DNA of 63,450 nucleotides, filler included, from Octopus bimaculoides (taxonomy: Eukaryota), in NCBI RefSeq assembly GCF_001194135.2. It is 7 parts of 6 records of this genome, joined end to end, with 100 filler letters (N's around TTAATTAATTAA, not from the genome) between each part and the next. Parts side by side here need not be neighbours in the genome. Positions count along the whole stretch, not along the records: positions 41,647 to 49,484 come from NC_068990.1; positions 49,585 to 52,276 come from NC_068983.1; positions 52,377 to 58,943 come from NC_068990.1; 4 more parts are not named here. The stretch is one strand, 5' to 3'. Below the pieces are notes generated by a model, which had not been told where the DNA came from, did not search any database, and saw only the letters and a program-made list of their open reading frames with translations. Position numbers and translations under genes: made by a program. Positions 41,647 through 53,819 of this stretch are shown piece after piece (the first letter of the stretch is position 1; each line of letters begins with the position of its first letter).

Positions 41647-41895
41647 CCTTGCTGTACTCTTTCACCATAACTTTCTCTCACTCTTACTTCCTGTTTCTGT
41701 TGTGCCTGTAATTCAAAGGGTCAGCCTTGTCACATTGTGTCACGCTGAATATCCCCGAGAACTACGTTAAGGGTACACGTGTCTGTGGAGTGCTCAGCCA
41801 CTTGCACGTTAATCTCACGAGCAGGCTGTTCCGTTGATCGGATCAACTGGAACCCTCGACGTTGTAAGCGACGGAGTGCCAACAAACAAACAAAC
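41647..41895 (+). mobile_element. SINE family C 3' part; the 5' end lies in a gap
   Basis: Nearly identical to 48030-48270. Confidence 0.92.
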
Positions 41896-43514
41896 TTCTC
41901 ATGAAGCACTTATTTCTCTTACTTTGATCCGCAATAAATGATTTTCGACATGTCCATCATATCCATTTAATGATTACCGTTTTTATATACATACACTCAC
42001 GAGTATGTATATTCATATAATCCGCCTTACACACATGCATACACATATACATATATATGTATACACACACAAATACATATGTATAAGATACGTGATGGAA
42101 GTCGAGACAGCAACGTGGGTGACTCTTACTTGTTAATGTGCTGTCAAGGGAAGACAACTGCTTAGTAATCATTTCTCAGCTTTTACTACGACGGAATATC
42201 ACTAAAAAAAATAACAGCTTGAAACGAATGTCTGTTTATTCCTCAAAGAATATATCGGAAAACTGCTCGTGAAGTTGTTTGTTGCTACAATTAAAATTAT
42301 TGGCTACTATAAGATATTTTAACATGGTAGAATTCCCTGGAAACTGTTATTATTCTGTATGTAAACATTAAGAGCTTTCTCTTTATTCTCCGGATTCCTA
42401 ATCTCAATAGAGATAGAAAAGAAAAAAAAACATTCCATTAATTTCCTCCGATTTTTTTCTGTTTGGCTGCACCTGTGGAAATTTTAAAGTTTATTGAACA
42501 TTTTAAAATTTGGCGTATTGGTGTAATTTTCCACGCTGAATCTTAGGAGCTAATTCACTTTCCAGAGAGATTAAAGTTTGATAATTGTACCCTGTCAGAA
42601 AACAAGATTTGGAAGCTGTCATTTTGTGCGTGACTGAAAGTGTTGTCAACCGTAAATGAATTAAATATTAGCGGAATTCTGTTTTGCTCAAGCCATAAAA
42701 CCCTTCATAACTTTATTTTTTGGAATTTTCAGAAAATCTTTGCAAATTTGTAATCTACACTCGGGAATTCATACGATTATGAAAAAAAAAATTAGTGCGT
42801 GATTTAAGGCCTATTTCGCTATTATTTTTAACACATCCCACGACTCCCTTATACCTCACGTGTTTTAAATATTTAATAAGCGAAAAATGACCACGAGGAT
42901 AAGCAGCTTGGCTTGTTATTATGGAAACAGGCACCTATACGTCTGTAGCTTTCGATTGGCTAAAGCTACCCAAAATTTGCAAACTTTAAAAGCTATTAAC
43001 TCTTTATTTATTGATTTTTGGCGAAAATGAATTTCTTGCAAATGATCATCATACAAAAGTACATCAAGACATCCAATACGAAATCAATTGGAACAAAAGT
43101 TGAAGAAATTGGAAAGTGGCAACCAAACAGAAAAGATCCCACCACCATTCTAAATTGTAAATCTGTGGTTGCGATCCACTGAAACTAGTTTTTACACCGA
43201 GTATACACAAAATATAAATTATGGTCATTACGTATTTTTCCATTATTGGAATATGGAAAAGGAAAAAGAAAAATATATAATGACCATTATTTATACTTTG
43301 TCATTGATTTCGCTTAGACATATCGAGACTAATAACCAAAATATCTCCAATATGTTCCCCTTTTAATTCTACCCAAAGCGCACGCGTATATTTGCATACT
43401 TTTTTCTACCTTGTGATAGAATTTTCCATAGCTATCAACATAAACTTTCTCACTCATAACGCTTATAAGTTATGAAAATATAATTTTCCCAAATAAAGTG
43501 CACTTCATATTCAA

Positions 43515-43583
43515 GGCTCTGATGAAGCTATAGGTACTCAATCAAGAGTCCACCACATACTATAGCAGAAACTGCTGTAAGCT
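43515..43583 (+). ncRNA. Type-I hammerhead ribozyme motif
   Basis: GGCU-CUGAUGA-A-GCUAUAG-(26 nt)-CUAUAGC-A-GAA-ACUGCUGU-A-AGCU. It has a perfect 7-bp stem II, canonical core and GUA triplet. Confidence 0.8.
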
Positions 43584-43677
43584 AATGAAGTTCAATACAT
43601 AACATTTGGTTTTCCGGTGTCATCTCTTTGTTCTCTGTTACCTTTTATATATATATATATATACACGCATACATATA

Positions 43678-44610
43678 CGAGGAGGTCCCCATAAATAACC
43701 AGAAACGTTCTTTGTGGAACAAGCTCGTTGTAATTCAGGCTTCTGCCGCCCGTTAGAAGCCACTTCATGCGACCTTCAGGCATCAGTATACCGGCTGGCG
43801 TCGTCGAGTGAAGTCATACTACCTCGAGATACGTCTTAGCTTTGCAATGCTTCTTCGCTGTTCGTCGATTTTTGCGATGTCTGAAACGAAGGAACATCGT
43901 GCTTTCGTGATTTTCTGTTTTCTGGTGGGAAAAACGGCAGCCGGAACAGCTGTCACGCTTCAAACAGCTTACAAGGACGCTGCCATGAGCAAAACCCAAG
44001 TTTACGTGTGATTTTCACGCTTTAGGAATGATTATTCCTTGCTTTGAAAACCAACCTCGTTCAGAGTGAATTTTCATGATTTCATTCGTTCGGGTGGTGG
44101 AGACCTTCCGAACGAATGAAAACATCACGAAAATTCATAAACTGATCTTCAAGGACCAAACAATTGACGAACTTGTTGATATGACTAGTGTGTCCTGGAA
44201 CTCCTGCCAACAAATTTTGAGCTAGGAATTGTAAATTAAAAGAGTTGCAGCAAAATTTGTGCCTCGCTAGCTTACGGAAGATCAAAAGCTAGCTCACAGA
44301 AGATCTGAATGCGTGTCGTGAACTGAAAGAACAGGAAGTTGATCCGGACCTTTTTTCGAAGGTCATCACTGGTGATGAAGGCTGGTGCTACGGAATTTGC
44401 AGATGTGGAAGAGGTGAATTAAAAAACGAAGGAGGCGTTAAAAGGAATCACTTCGCAAGAGTTCCAGCACTGCTTCTAACAATGGAAGACATATCTGAAC
44501 CGATGCATTGCTTCAAATGGAGAATACTTTGAAGACGATAAAAGTGTAAACCTGTAAAACTAAGAGAATAAAATATTTCAAAATTCCGGTTTCTTTTGGG
44601 TACCTCCTCA
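43678..44610 (+). mobile_element. Internally deleted mariner element with both TIRs
   Basis: Imperfect TIRs cgaggaggtccccat / tgggtacctcctca flanked by TA. Peptides run from MSETKEHRAFVIFCFLVGKT to VITGDEGWCYG, then jump to C-terminal CIASNGEYFE. Confidence 0.88.
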
Positions 44611-44656
44611 TATACACGCGTGCGCGTACACGTTAGTTCTATAAAAATTCTTTGTA

Positions 44657-44818
44657 TAGTCGCAGGAGTGACTGTGTGGTAAGTAGCTTGCTTACCAACC
44701 ACATGGTTTCGGGTTCATTCCCACTGCGTGGCACCTTGGGCAAGTGTCTTCTACTATAGCCTCGGGCCAACCAAAGCCTTGAGTGGTTTTGGTAGACGGA
44801 AACCAAAAGAAGCCCGTC

Positions 44819-44881
<63 letters not shown>

Positions 44882-45102
44882 TGTGTGTGTTTGTGTGTCT
44901 GTGTTTGTCCTCCCTACATCGCTTGACAACCGATGCTGGTGTGTTTACGTCCCTGTAACATTAGCGGTTCGGCAAAAGGAGACCGATAGAATAAGTACTA
45001 GGCTTACAAAGAATAAGTCCTGGGGTCGATTTGCTCGACTAAAGGCGGTGCTCCAGCATGGCCGCAGTCAAATGACTGAAACAAGTAAAAGAGTAAAAGA
45101 GT
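44657..45102 (+). mobile_element. SINE family A, full-length reference copy
   Basis: A-box-like gactgtgtggtaa, B-box-like gggttcattccc, CORE-like gcaccttgggcaagtgtc, internal (TG)n and a (TAAAAGAG)n tail. Confidence 0.93.
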
Positions 45103-45269
45103 ATATCAATTTGCAGCCATAAAAAGTGAAATATGTAGCCCAGAAAATAAGAAGTGTCAAATAACACTGTGTCATTTGGTGATAAGCCTACTGAACAGGT
45201 GAACTTATACATCAAAATGTATAGGTTTCCTGTAGGTTATTTGAAACGAACATAAATCATGACTTGTAC

Positions 45270-45597
45270 TTATTCTTGCTGCCCTTGGAAGGATGAAAGG
45301 CAAAGTTGATGTTGGGAGTTGAACTCGTAAGATAAAGGGATATGACTGGGAGTTGAACTCGTAACATAAAGGGATATGACTGGATGGAGCAAGAAATTTT
45401 GTTCGTTGCTCTACCATTCTTTCTTTTTTTTTAAATCTTTTGTTTCAGTCACTAGGCTGCGCCCATGCTGGGGTACCGCCTTGAAGAATTTTTTTGAAAC
45501 CTGATATTTATTCAATCGTCACTTTTGCCGAATGACTAAGTTATGGCGACGGAAACACACCAACCATTTGACAAGCAGTAGTGGGGACAAACACAGC

Positions 45598-45648
<51 letters not shown>

Positions 45649-46740
45649 AAATAAATAAGGGTTCCGAACTACCAGCTTGCTAGAAATAGGAGTCAACATC
45701 CAAACGCCACAAATCTCTCACTATAAATAAACACGCACGGTTGATGCAACGAATATAAGATAAATATGCCTTACTCTTTACTCTTAATTTGTTTCAGTCA
45801 TTTGACTGTGGCCATGCTGGAGCACCACCTTTTAGTCGAGCAAATCGACCCCAGGACTTATTCTTTGTATGCATTAGACTCGGAAAGTTTGTGAGGAACA
45901 CAATGGCCCAATTTACTGGCTTTTCCGATAGCATACAGGTGTCGATGAATGGTTGAATGACCAAATCCAAGTTTCTCTACGAATTCCTCAATAGTTACGA
46001 TGGAATTTTGTTCCACCAGGGTGTGCAGATCTTCCAGGACGAGTCTCGTCTTCTAGAATGTAATTTCCGGCTCGGAATTTCTGGAACCACTGTTGACACT
46101 GGCTGACGCTTATTGTCCGATCCCCCATATACTGCATTAATATTCTTCGTACCTTCGCAGAGGGACTGAGCCAGGAACCATGTGTTTGGGAAGTAAACTT
46201 TTTACCACACAGCCACTCCTGGGTGATTTCTGATATAAAATGTTAACGAATATAGAGAGGGAGTATATAATTAAAGGTAAACCTTAGTATGTGACTGGTA
46301 CCTTATATCAAAACCTAGATGAGTGATAGTCGAAGTCCACTCTGATTTGATTTGAAATTAAAAAATAAAGAAACATAACTCAATACCTGCAGCAGATATT
46401 TTGTCAAAATTTTTAACAATTCTATCAAATGAAAGTACATGAAAATATAAGGCGGTATATTTCCAGTTGCAAATACGAGTTTGCATTTTATCAAAGGGAG
46501 TACATCTGTACTCTAGTGTTAATAACGACCATCAAAAACTGAATACTTCTCTGTGCATGTATGTATGTATGTATTTGTGTATGTATACACATGCATCTTT
46601 TGTCTTTTGTTTCCATCATTGGACTGCATTGAAGGGTTTTAGTTGAACAAATCGATCCCTGTACATACATTATTTATTTATTTTTTAAAGCCTGGTACGT
46701 ATTCTATTGGTCATTGTTGTTGAGCTGCTAATGTCACGAT
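45270..46740 (-). mobile_element. Cluster of SINE A/B fragments around a probable LINE fragment
   Basis: Family B remnant at about 45270-45420. Family A pieces at about 45420-45645, 45775-45870, 46155-46220 and 46590-46740. Confidence 0.6.
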
Positions 46741-46956
46741 GCTAACTGGAGAGTGAAAAGCACAGATACACTGACTATAACCTCAGGCCAACAAATAAGT
46801 TGAACTGAACTGACAGAAACTGTCTAAGGGTTGTATTTACCCTGATATATTTTATGAGCAATTTAAACTTTATTTGTATTTGATCATCTTCAAAAGAGAA
46901 ATATCTCATTTTCAAATTTTTCCCTGCTTCAAACAAAATCCACTGCGTATGTGTGC

Positions 46957-47044
<88 letters not shown>

Positions 47045-47205
47045 TAGAGAGAGAGAAAGAGAGAGAGAGACAGAGATAGACAGACAGAGAGGTCTTAATT
47101 CTTCTTCATCACATTTAATGCAAAATCTTTTAGTCTTTAACATTTCAAAGACAATTCCACAAAATTTACATTAGACGGATATTTGTCCTCATCTTGTTTG
47201 TTGTT

Positions 47206-47251
47206 AACACAACGTTTCGGCTGATATACCCTTCAGCCTCCATCAGGTGTC
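47206..47251 (-). ncRNA. Minimal HHR motif in the inverted copy (A9G variant)
   Basis: GACAC-CUGAUGG-A-GGCUG-aaggguauau-CAGCC-GAA-ACGU-U-GUGUU. Confidence 0.75.
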
Positions 47252-47415
47252 TTGGGGAAATTTCGAACCTGGGGTTCTCTCATTCCTAAGGTATTCTTCG
47301 ATGTTATTATTATTCAGGTCACTGCCTAGATTTGAACTCGGAATGGGCATATGGCATAGTGGTTAAGAGTGCGGGCTACTAACCTCAAAATTCCGAGTTC
47401 AATTCCAGGCAGTGA

Positions 47416-47454
<39 letters not shown>

Positions 47455-47510
47455 CAACAACATCGAAAAATACTTTAGGAATGAGAACCCCAGGTTCGAA
47501 ATTTCCCCAA

Positions 47511-47556
47511 GGCACCTGATGAAGGCTGGAGGGTATATCAGCCGAAACATTGTGTT
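47511..47556 (+). ncRNA. Minimal type-I HHR motif
   Basis: GGCAC-CUGAUGA-A-GGCUG-gaggguauau-CAGCC-GAA-ACAU-U-GUGUU. The core is canonical; stem III is ACAU here versus ACGU in the sister copy. Confidence 0.8.
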
Positions 47557-47900
47557 AACAACAAACAAGATGAGGACAAATATCTGTCAAATGTAACATA
47601 ATTCCTCACCTCTTAAATCTAGAACTGAATTCCACAAAAGATCTAGTTCTTAAATTGTATTTTCCTTAGGGTAATACTCTGCAGCAATTCTGATAATGTT
47701 GACTTCATTAAGAACATTTTTTTTTAATTTATAAGTAAATTCCTACCAATGCACTTCCTCATGCATCGAGACAGTTATATTTTGACACATCTCAAATGAA
47801 TTGTTAGAATAAACAAACTGGTGTGTTGTTCTACGCAGAAACTATACAAGCAAACTTAGAGATATCATAATCTCTTTTGGTGGTCATTAAAAATATTGCA

Positions 47901-48293
47901 GTGGAGGCGCAATGGCCCAGTGGTTAGGGCAGCGGACTCGCGGTTTCGATTCCCAGACCGGGCGTTGTGAGTGTTTATTGAGCGAAAACACTTAAAGCTC
48001 CACGAGGCTCCGGCAGGGGATGGTGGCGAACCCTGCTGTACTCTTTCACCACAACTTTCTCTCACTCTTACTTCCTGTTTCTGTTGTGCTTGTAATTCAA
48101 AGGGTCAGCCTTGTCACACACTGTGTCACGCTGAATATCCCCGAGAACTACGTTAAGGGTACACGTGTCTGTGGAGTGCTCAGCCACTTGCACGTTAATT
48201 TCACGAGCAAGCTGTTCCGTTGATCGGATCAACTGGAACCCTCGACGTCGTAAGCGACGGAGTGCCAACAACAACAACAACAACAACAACAAC
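47901..48293 (+). mobile_element. SINE family C, full length and probably young
   Basis: Perfect 12-bp TSD AAAAATATTGCA at 47889-47900 and 48294-48305, with a (CAA)n tail. Confidence 0.95.
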
Positions 48294-48756
48294 AAAAATA
48301 TTGCAATATTGGAAACCTTTCCATAGCATCAGCAGGTTATCTCAGGGTCACAAGCATTTTGCCTCTTAGTCTGTATACTTCGTCTGAATTGAGCAGCAAG
48401 GACTGAATTTGTTTTCACTCACAGAAGGGTTCCATATATGGTCTTTTGTCAATTACAACCACTTTGAACTGGTCTCAGCAGCCTTAGCTCCCTTCAGTTG
48501 TTTAGGTTTCAAACCAATCTTCTGCACGAAACAGTACACTGGTCTTTCTGGAAAACCATGCAGCCAACTTCAACAGGGAATGAGAAAAACGCCATTCTTT
48601 GAGAAGCACTTTTTAACCAACTCTTGATATTTGGTTTTCTTCAGTTAGTAAGAAAAGTTAAGTCTGTCCTCTCGGAGCACCGAGTTCACCCACAATGATT
48701 ATTTTGCAATTTTCTGGCACATCTCATATGAACACAATCACTATTATAATTTTTAA

Positions 48757-49285
48757 CCCTTTAGCATTCAGAATAGTGTCAAATGTTATACAGGAGCACT
48801 ACGTTGGTTACGACGACGAAGGTCCTAGCTGATACGATCAATGGAACAGCCTACTTATAAAATTAACGTGCAAGTGGCTGAGCACTCCACAAACACGTTT
48901 ACCCTTCTCGTACCCCTCACGGAGATTCAGCGTGACACAGAGTGTGACAAGGCTGGCCCTTTGAAATACAGGTACTACTCACTTTTGCCAGTGGAGTGCA
49001 CTGGAGCAATGTGAAATAAAGTGTCTTGCTCAAGGACACAACGCGTCACTGGGAATTGAACTCACGACTTTACGATCGTGAGGCAAATGCCCTAACCACT
49101 AAGCCACATGCCTTCACTAGTGTCAAATGTAATGCTTATTCATTCCCATTGCTTTGAACTAATCGTGCATTATCTCATAGCTTTGAGATTTCAATGATGT
49201 GATTGTTTATTTTTAGAATGATATTGTAGGGTAAGTGTAAGAGGTCAGATCTGGCTGGTTTGAGCATAAAACAGGTAGAATATTC
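48757..49285 (-). mobile_element. MITE family E, inverted and truncated, interrupted by SINE D
   Basis: Begins TTAA-ccctttagcattcag and is the reverse complement of the 5230-5400 segment. Confidence 0.8.
48787..49117 (-). mobile_element. SINE family D
   Basis: 13-bp TSD TAGTGTCAAATGT at 48774-48786 and 49118-49130. Confidence 0.9.
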
Positions 49286-49734
49286 TGGTAGGAATGATTT
49301 GGTTTCCAAACTACTTTTGCCTTTTGCAAAATCACAGCCATGTTAAAATGTGTTTTTCTTTTTGCCTTTTAATATTATATTATAATTAAAGCTATTTTTT
49401 TCATTTAATTTTAATTTTTCTTAAGTTTGTTTACCATTTCAAAACAGCTAACCACTGCCCACTCTCACTTGTACCCACCAAAAANNNNNNNNNNNNNNNN
49501 NNNNNNNNNNNNNNNNNNNNNNNNNNNNTTAATTAATTAANNNNNNNNNNNNNNNNNNNNNNNNNNNNNNNNNNNNNNNNNNNNGTATGTTGGAGAAGCA
49601 ACTCAATTGCTAATCCCTGTATATTTATGATGATAAATAGTTTTACCGATAAAGGTTTTTTTCATACTGAACTACTTGGCAAAATTGTTAATTATTAATT
49701 CTATTATTAATTGACGATTCTCTGCCCTTATTCT

Positions 49735-49832
<98 letters not shown>

Positions 49833-50178
49833 GAAATAAAAACAAAAACAACAAAAGTCAAAAGGACATACACAGTGAATGTATTACGTTGACACTCAGT
49901 TTAAGATGGGAAAAAGAAAGGGTATGATGTTTTGAGCATGACTCTTTGTTGGATAGAGAAAAGGTCCAGAGGGAGAAAGAACATGCGTAGTTTACATGCG
50001 TAGTTTACATAGCTAGAGAGAGAGAGAGAGAGCAAGATATTACTGGTTATGGCATTTAACCAATCAGAAGATTGGTTTTGTGCCAACTATTCCAACTTGG
50101 TAATACTGACAACTCTTCAGACATATTGAGTTGTCAGGAAAGTTCATGCCGATTTATAGTAGCTTACTTTTCCACTTA

Positions 50179-50536
50179 TTTGCCATGAAGCCACCTCAAT
50201 TCTGTCCAAAACGTCCAGAATTGGCCGGCAGGAAGGGTGTTGTTTTCCAACATCATAATGCAAGACTGCACATTTCTTTGGGAACCAGACAAAAATTGCT
50301 GCAGCTTGGCTGGGATGTGTTACCCCACCCTCCATATTCACCAGATATTGCTCCTTCAGATTTCCACTTATTCAGGTCTCTGCAGAATAGTCTTAATGGT
50401 AAAGATTTCAATTCCTTGGATGTCGTAAAAAGATACCTTGATGAATTCTTTGCCATGAAACCACCTCAATTCTGTCCAAAACGTCCAGAATTGGCCGGCA
50501 GGAAGGGTGTTGTTTTCCAACATCATAATGCAAGAC
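50179..50536 (+). pseudogene. Mariner transposase C-terminal fragment repeated head-to-tail with a 270-bp period
   Basis: KRPEL..RKGVVFQHHNAR...HPPYSPDIAPSDFHLFRSLQN...FFAMKPPQF. The FAMKPPQF|CPKRPEL junction occurs at 50179 and at 50449. Confidence 0.88.
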
Positions 50537-52050
50537 NNNNNNNNNNNNNNNNNNNNNNNNNNNNNNNNNNNNNNNNNNNNNNNNNNNNNNNNNNNNNNNN
50601 NNNNNNNNNNNNNNNNNNNNNNNNNNNNNNNNNNNNNNNNNNNNNNNNNNNNNNNNNNNNNNNNNNNNNNNNNNNNNNNNNNNNNNNNNNNNNNNNNNNN
50701 NNNNNNNNNNNNNNNNNNNNNNNNNNNNNNNNNNNNNNNNNNNNNNNNNNNNNNNNNNNNNNNNNNNNNNNNNNNNNNNNNNNNNNNNNNNNNNNNNNNN
50801 NNNNNNNNNNNNNNNNNNNNNNNNNNNNNNNNNNNNNNNNNNNNNNNNNNNNNNNNNNNNNNNNNNNNNNNNNNNNNNNNNNNNNNNNNNNNNNNNNNNN
50901 NNNNNNNNNNNNNNNNNNNNNNNNNNNNNNNNNNNNNNNNNNNNNNNNNNNNNNNNNNNNNNNNNNNNNNNNNNNNNNNNNNNNNNNNNNNNNNNNNNNN
51001 NNNNNNNNNNNNNNNNNNNNNNNNTATATATATATATATATATTCACACACATACACTACTAATACATGCATAGACATTCGTAGAGAAAAAAAGAGAGAA
51101 AGATAAAATTTCAGTCTGGTGATTTTTGGATAAGTTAGTTACTTGAAGACAATATGTTATGAATGACTGATTCTTCTCCAATATTGGTGATTAGCAAATT
51201 CAAACAGAATTAGATATAGCAAGATCATATACTAAAAAAAAAAAAATTAAAAAAAAAAAAAAAAGGAAAAAAAAAGAAACAGACAAAATTAAAAAAGTAG
51301 ATGTAGCTGGGTAAATGAGGGTGATGAAAGGTTTTATTGAAGATTTCAAATATATAAAAGGTAAAACAAAACAGACAGAGCAAAGACGAAAAGAAAGAAT
51401 GGAAAGGGTTTCATATAAATTCTATGATGTTCTTCTTCTTTGATAATAGGTATCTTTTAGTCTTAAGGAGGAATGCATTCAGGGAAATTGGGGACAACAA
51501 TTAGATCATCGTTTGCTTGTTTCAGTCATTAGACTGTGGCCATGATGGGGTACTGCCTTGAAGAGTTTTTAGTCAAATGGATCGACCCCAGTACTTGTAT
51601 TGTTTTAAGCCTGGTACTTATTCTGTCATTCTTTTTTGCTAAACTGCTAAGTTATTTGGATGTAAACACACCAACACTGCATTTAAAATTGTTGGTTCTA
51701 ACCGTTGCAACTGATATTTGATTCTCACGATCATTGGAACTATACTCACGAAACACTGTTGTCAAATTAAGTGCCTTTTCTCTAAATAATTCTCTAAATG
51801 ATGTTTCCATTGGTTATATTTGCAGCTTTCCACTCATTTGACCAAACAATTGTCATTTTCTGATTCCACACAGTTTTATTCGTATTATTGTTTCATGAAT
51901 GAATTTGCTAACGACTTCTACAATCTGTCCTATGTCTCGATTTAATTTTTTTGTCTGAGAGAAATTAGGCATTTTAATGGGTGCTGGGAATATCCCCGCT
52001 TCCAGGTATTACTGGGCATCTCAGCTACTATATATATATATATATATATA

Positions 52051-52276
52051 TCATCATCATCATCATCATCGTTTAACGTCCGCTTTCCATGCTAGCATGG
52101 GTTGGACGATTTGACTGAGGACTGGTGAAACCGGATGGCAACACCAGGCTCCAGTCTAATTTGGCAGAGTTTCTACAGCTGGATGCCCTTCCTAACGCCA
52201 ACCACTCAGAGAGTGTAGTGGGTGCTTTTACGTGTCACCCGCACGAAAACGGCCACGCTCGAAATGGTGTCTTTTA
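52051..52276 (-). mobile_element. SINE family G-type 3' tail
   Basis: (ATC)n-gtttaacgtccgctttccatgctagcatgggttggac is homologous to the tail at 41040-41112. Confidence 0.7.
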
Positions 52277-53010
52277 NNNNNNNNNNNNNNNNNNNNNNNN
52301 NNNNNNNNNNNNNNNNNNNNTTAATTAATTAANNNNNNNNNNNNNNNNNNNNNNNNNNNNNNNNNNNNNNNNNNNNACTGGCCTAAAAGCCGCACCTTGG
52401 AAGTTAGCCCGAAATTACGCAGCTGCAAAGCCAGCCTTTTAACCACACCGCTATGTCTGTGCATGGAAAGAAAAGTAAATAAATATGGTGTCGTTTAACC
52501 GGATTTCTTCTAATTTGTTTCCTTCTTGTGTTTTTTATAACTGGCCGAGCCTGTCCCTTTTCAAGCAGAATTCAGTCGATTTCCTCTTGAGAAACAAACA
52601 GAGAACCTGCTTGAAAAAGAGAAGACTCGACCCTTCCATAGAATTTATACTTTAATTATAGACCCCCGAAAGGCTAAAGCCGAAAGGCATTCTACTTGTT
52701 GTTCTAATAACTCTAACAACTCGCTACATTTGGGTAGGGGATATGCTTTATTGAATAGATTTGTTTATATTACTGGTACTATATTATCAATGTTCTTTCA
52801 CTCTACTCATTTCCAACGTCGTAGCAAAGGCGAAGTTAACACTTTTGAGATTTGAACTCATTCTAGTGCCTAAGGCGCGTGTTCTAAATTTAGTCATTTA
52901 CTGATTGCACACATAGACAGAGGAAGTGAAATAGTCGTTTTGAATAAATGATTGACCTTCAAATTGGAACCTAATTCAAAACCTGCTATGTATGTTTCAT
53001 TATACATACT

Positions 53011-53267
53011 TACATCTACATAAACCAAAGTTTATTCCGTGTTCACCAGATTTGGACAGAATTTTTTACATCTACTTAAAGAACGTTTATTCTGTGTTCA
53101 CATGTTTTGAACAGAATATTTATATCTACGTAAACGGGAGTTTATTCCGTGTTCATCAGGTTCTGAACAAAATATTTAGATCTACTTAAACAACGTTTAG
53201 TCTGTGTTCTGCTTCTTAACAAGAATATTTACATCTAGGTCAGCCAACCGTTATTCTATGTTCTAGT
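53011..53267. repeat. Degenerate minisatellite of about 55 bp, roughly 4.5 units
   Basis: gtttattc[c/t]gtgttc starts at 53030, 53084, 53140, 53195 and 53250. Confidence 0.85.
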
Positions 53268-53819
53268 TTTGTAGTTGATGGTTGTTTAATCCTAAGCCAA
53301 TGCTTATCAAACAGACCTATGATCAAAAGTGTCTTGCTTTTAGACAGCATATCAAGGACTACACACTTTAATGTATCCTCTCCGTTTACAGAAGGCAGCT
53401 GTTCAACACGAACAGGGAACTATTTCTAGTTTATTGAGTGACCGTTGTTATGCGTTTGCCCTCAACTATGCTCAACTAAAAATATTCTCGGTCAACTGAG
53501 AGAGGGAGTTCAAGGGTGAGTTAACGAATGCAGAAAGATGGGTAAAAGTTATGGTTAGGAGGTGAGAGGTGGGAGAAAGGAAAGGACAAGATGGGACGCA
53601 TATTAAAATATTTGTCTCACTTCACTTGTTAGTCCACTTATATTAATGCTAAAACTGCTATATATATATACTCTATGTGTCCTGTGTGTTTTCTGTACTC
53701 GTTTATCATTTTGTCTACGTTTTGTAGAAAAGGAGTAATAAATTGATAATAAGGAGAATAGAGATTTATATATCAAGTTTTATTCTGCTGTCAGTCATAT
53801 CTTTCCATTTCTTCACCTA

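Larger units (their letters stand above)
47165..47627 (+). mobile_element. tRNA-headed SINE-like element carrying an HHR, with a 5' inverted partial copy
   Basis: Full + copy at 47345-47627 (A box TGGCATAGTGG 47352-47362, B box GTTCAATTC 47397-47405). Inverted truncated copy at 47165-47344. 12-bp TSD AATTCCACAAAA at 47153-47164 and 47628-47639. Confidence 0.88.

Noticed and set aside
47345-47420. tRNA gene calls for SINE heads (also 22079, 44657 and 47901)
   Set aside because: A and B boxes are present, but the acceptor and anticodon stems are incomplete and each head continues into a repeat body.
50131-51063. 310-aa ORF as a domesticated SETMAR-like gene
   Set aside because: Only about 135 codons are real sequence. 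There is no SET or HTH domain, the catalytic Asp is mutated, and the content is a repeated mariner fragment.
52115-52135. CTGAGGA...GAAAC hammerhead-like core
   Set aside because: Only 5 nt (CTGGT) lie between the core halves, so there is no stem II, and no stem I pairing is possible.
53011-53267. CRISPR-like array interpretation of the 55-bp or 107-bp repeats
   Set aside because: The units are wholly homologous with no unique spacers, there are no cas genes, and the context is eukaryotic.
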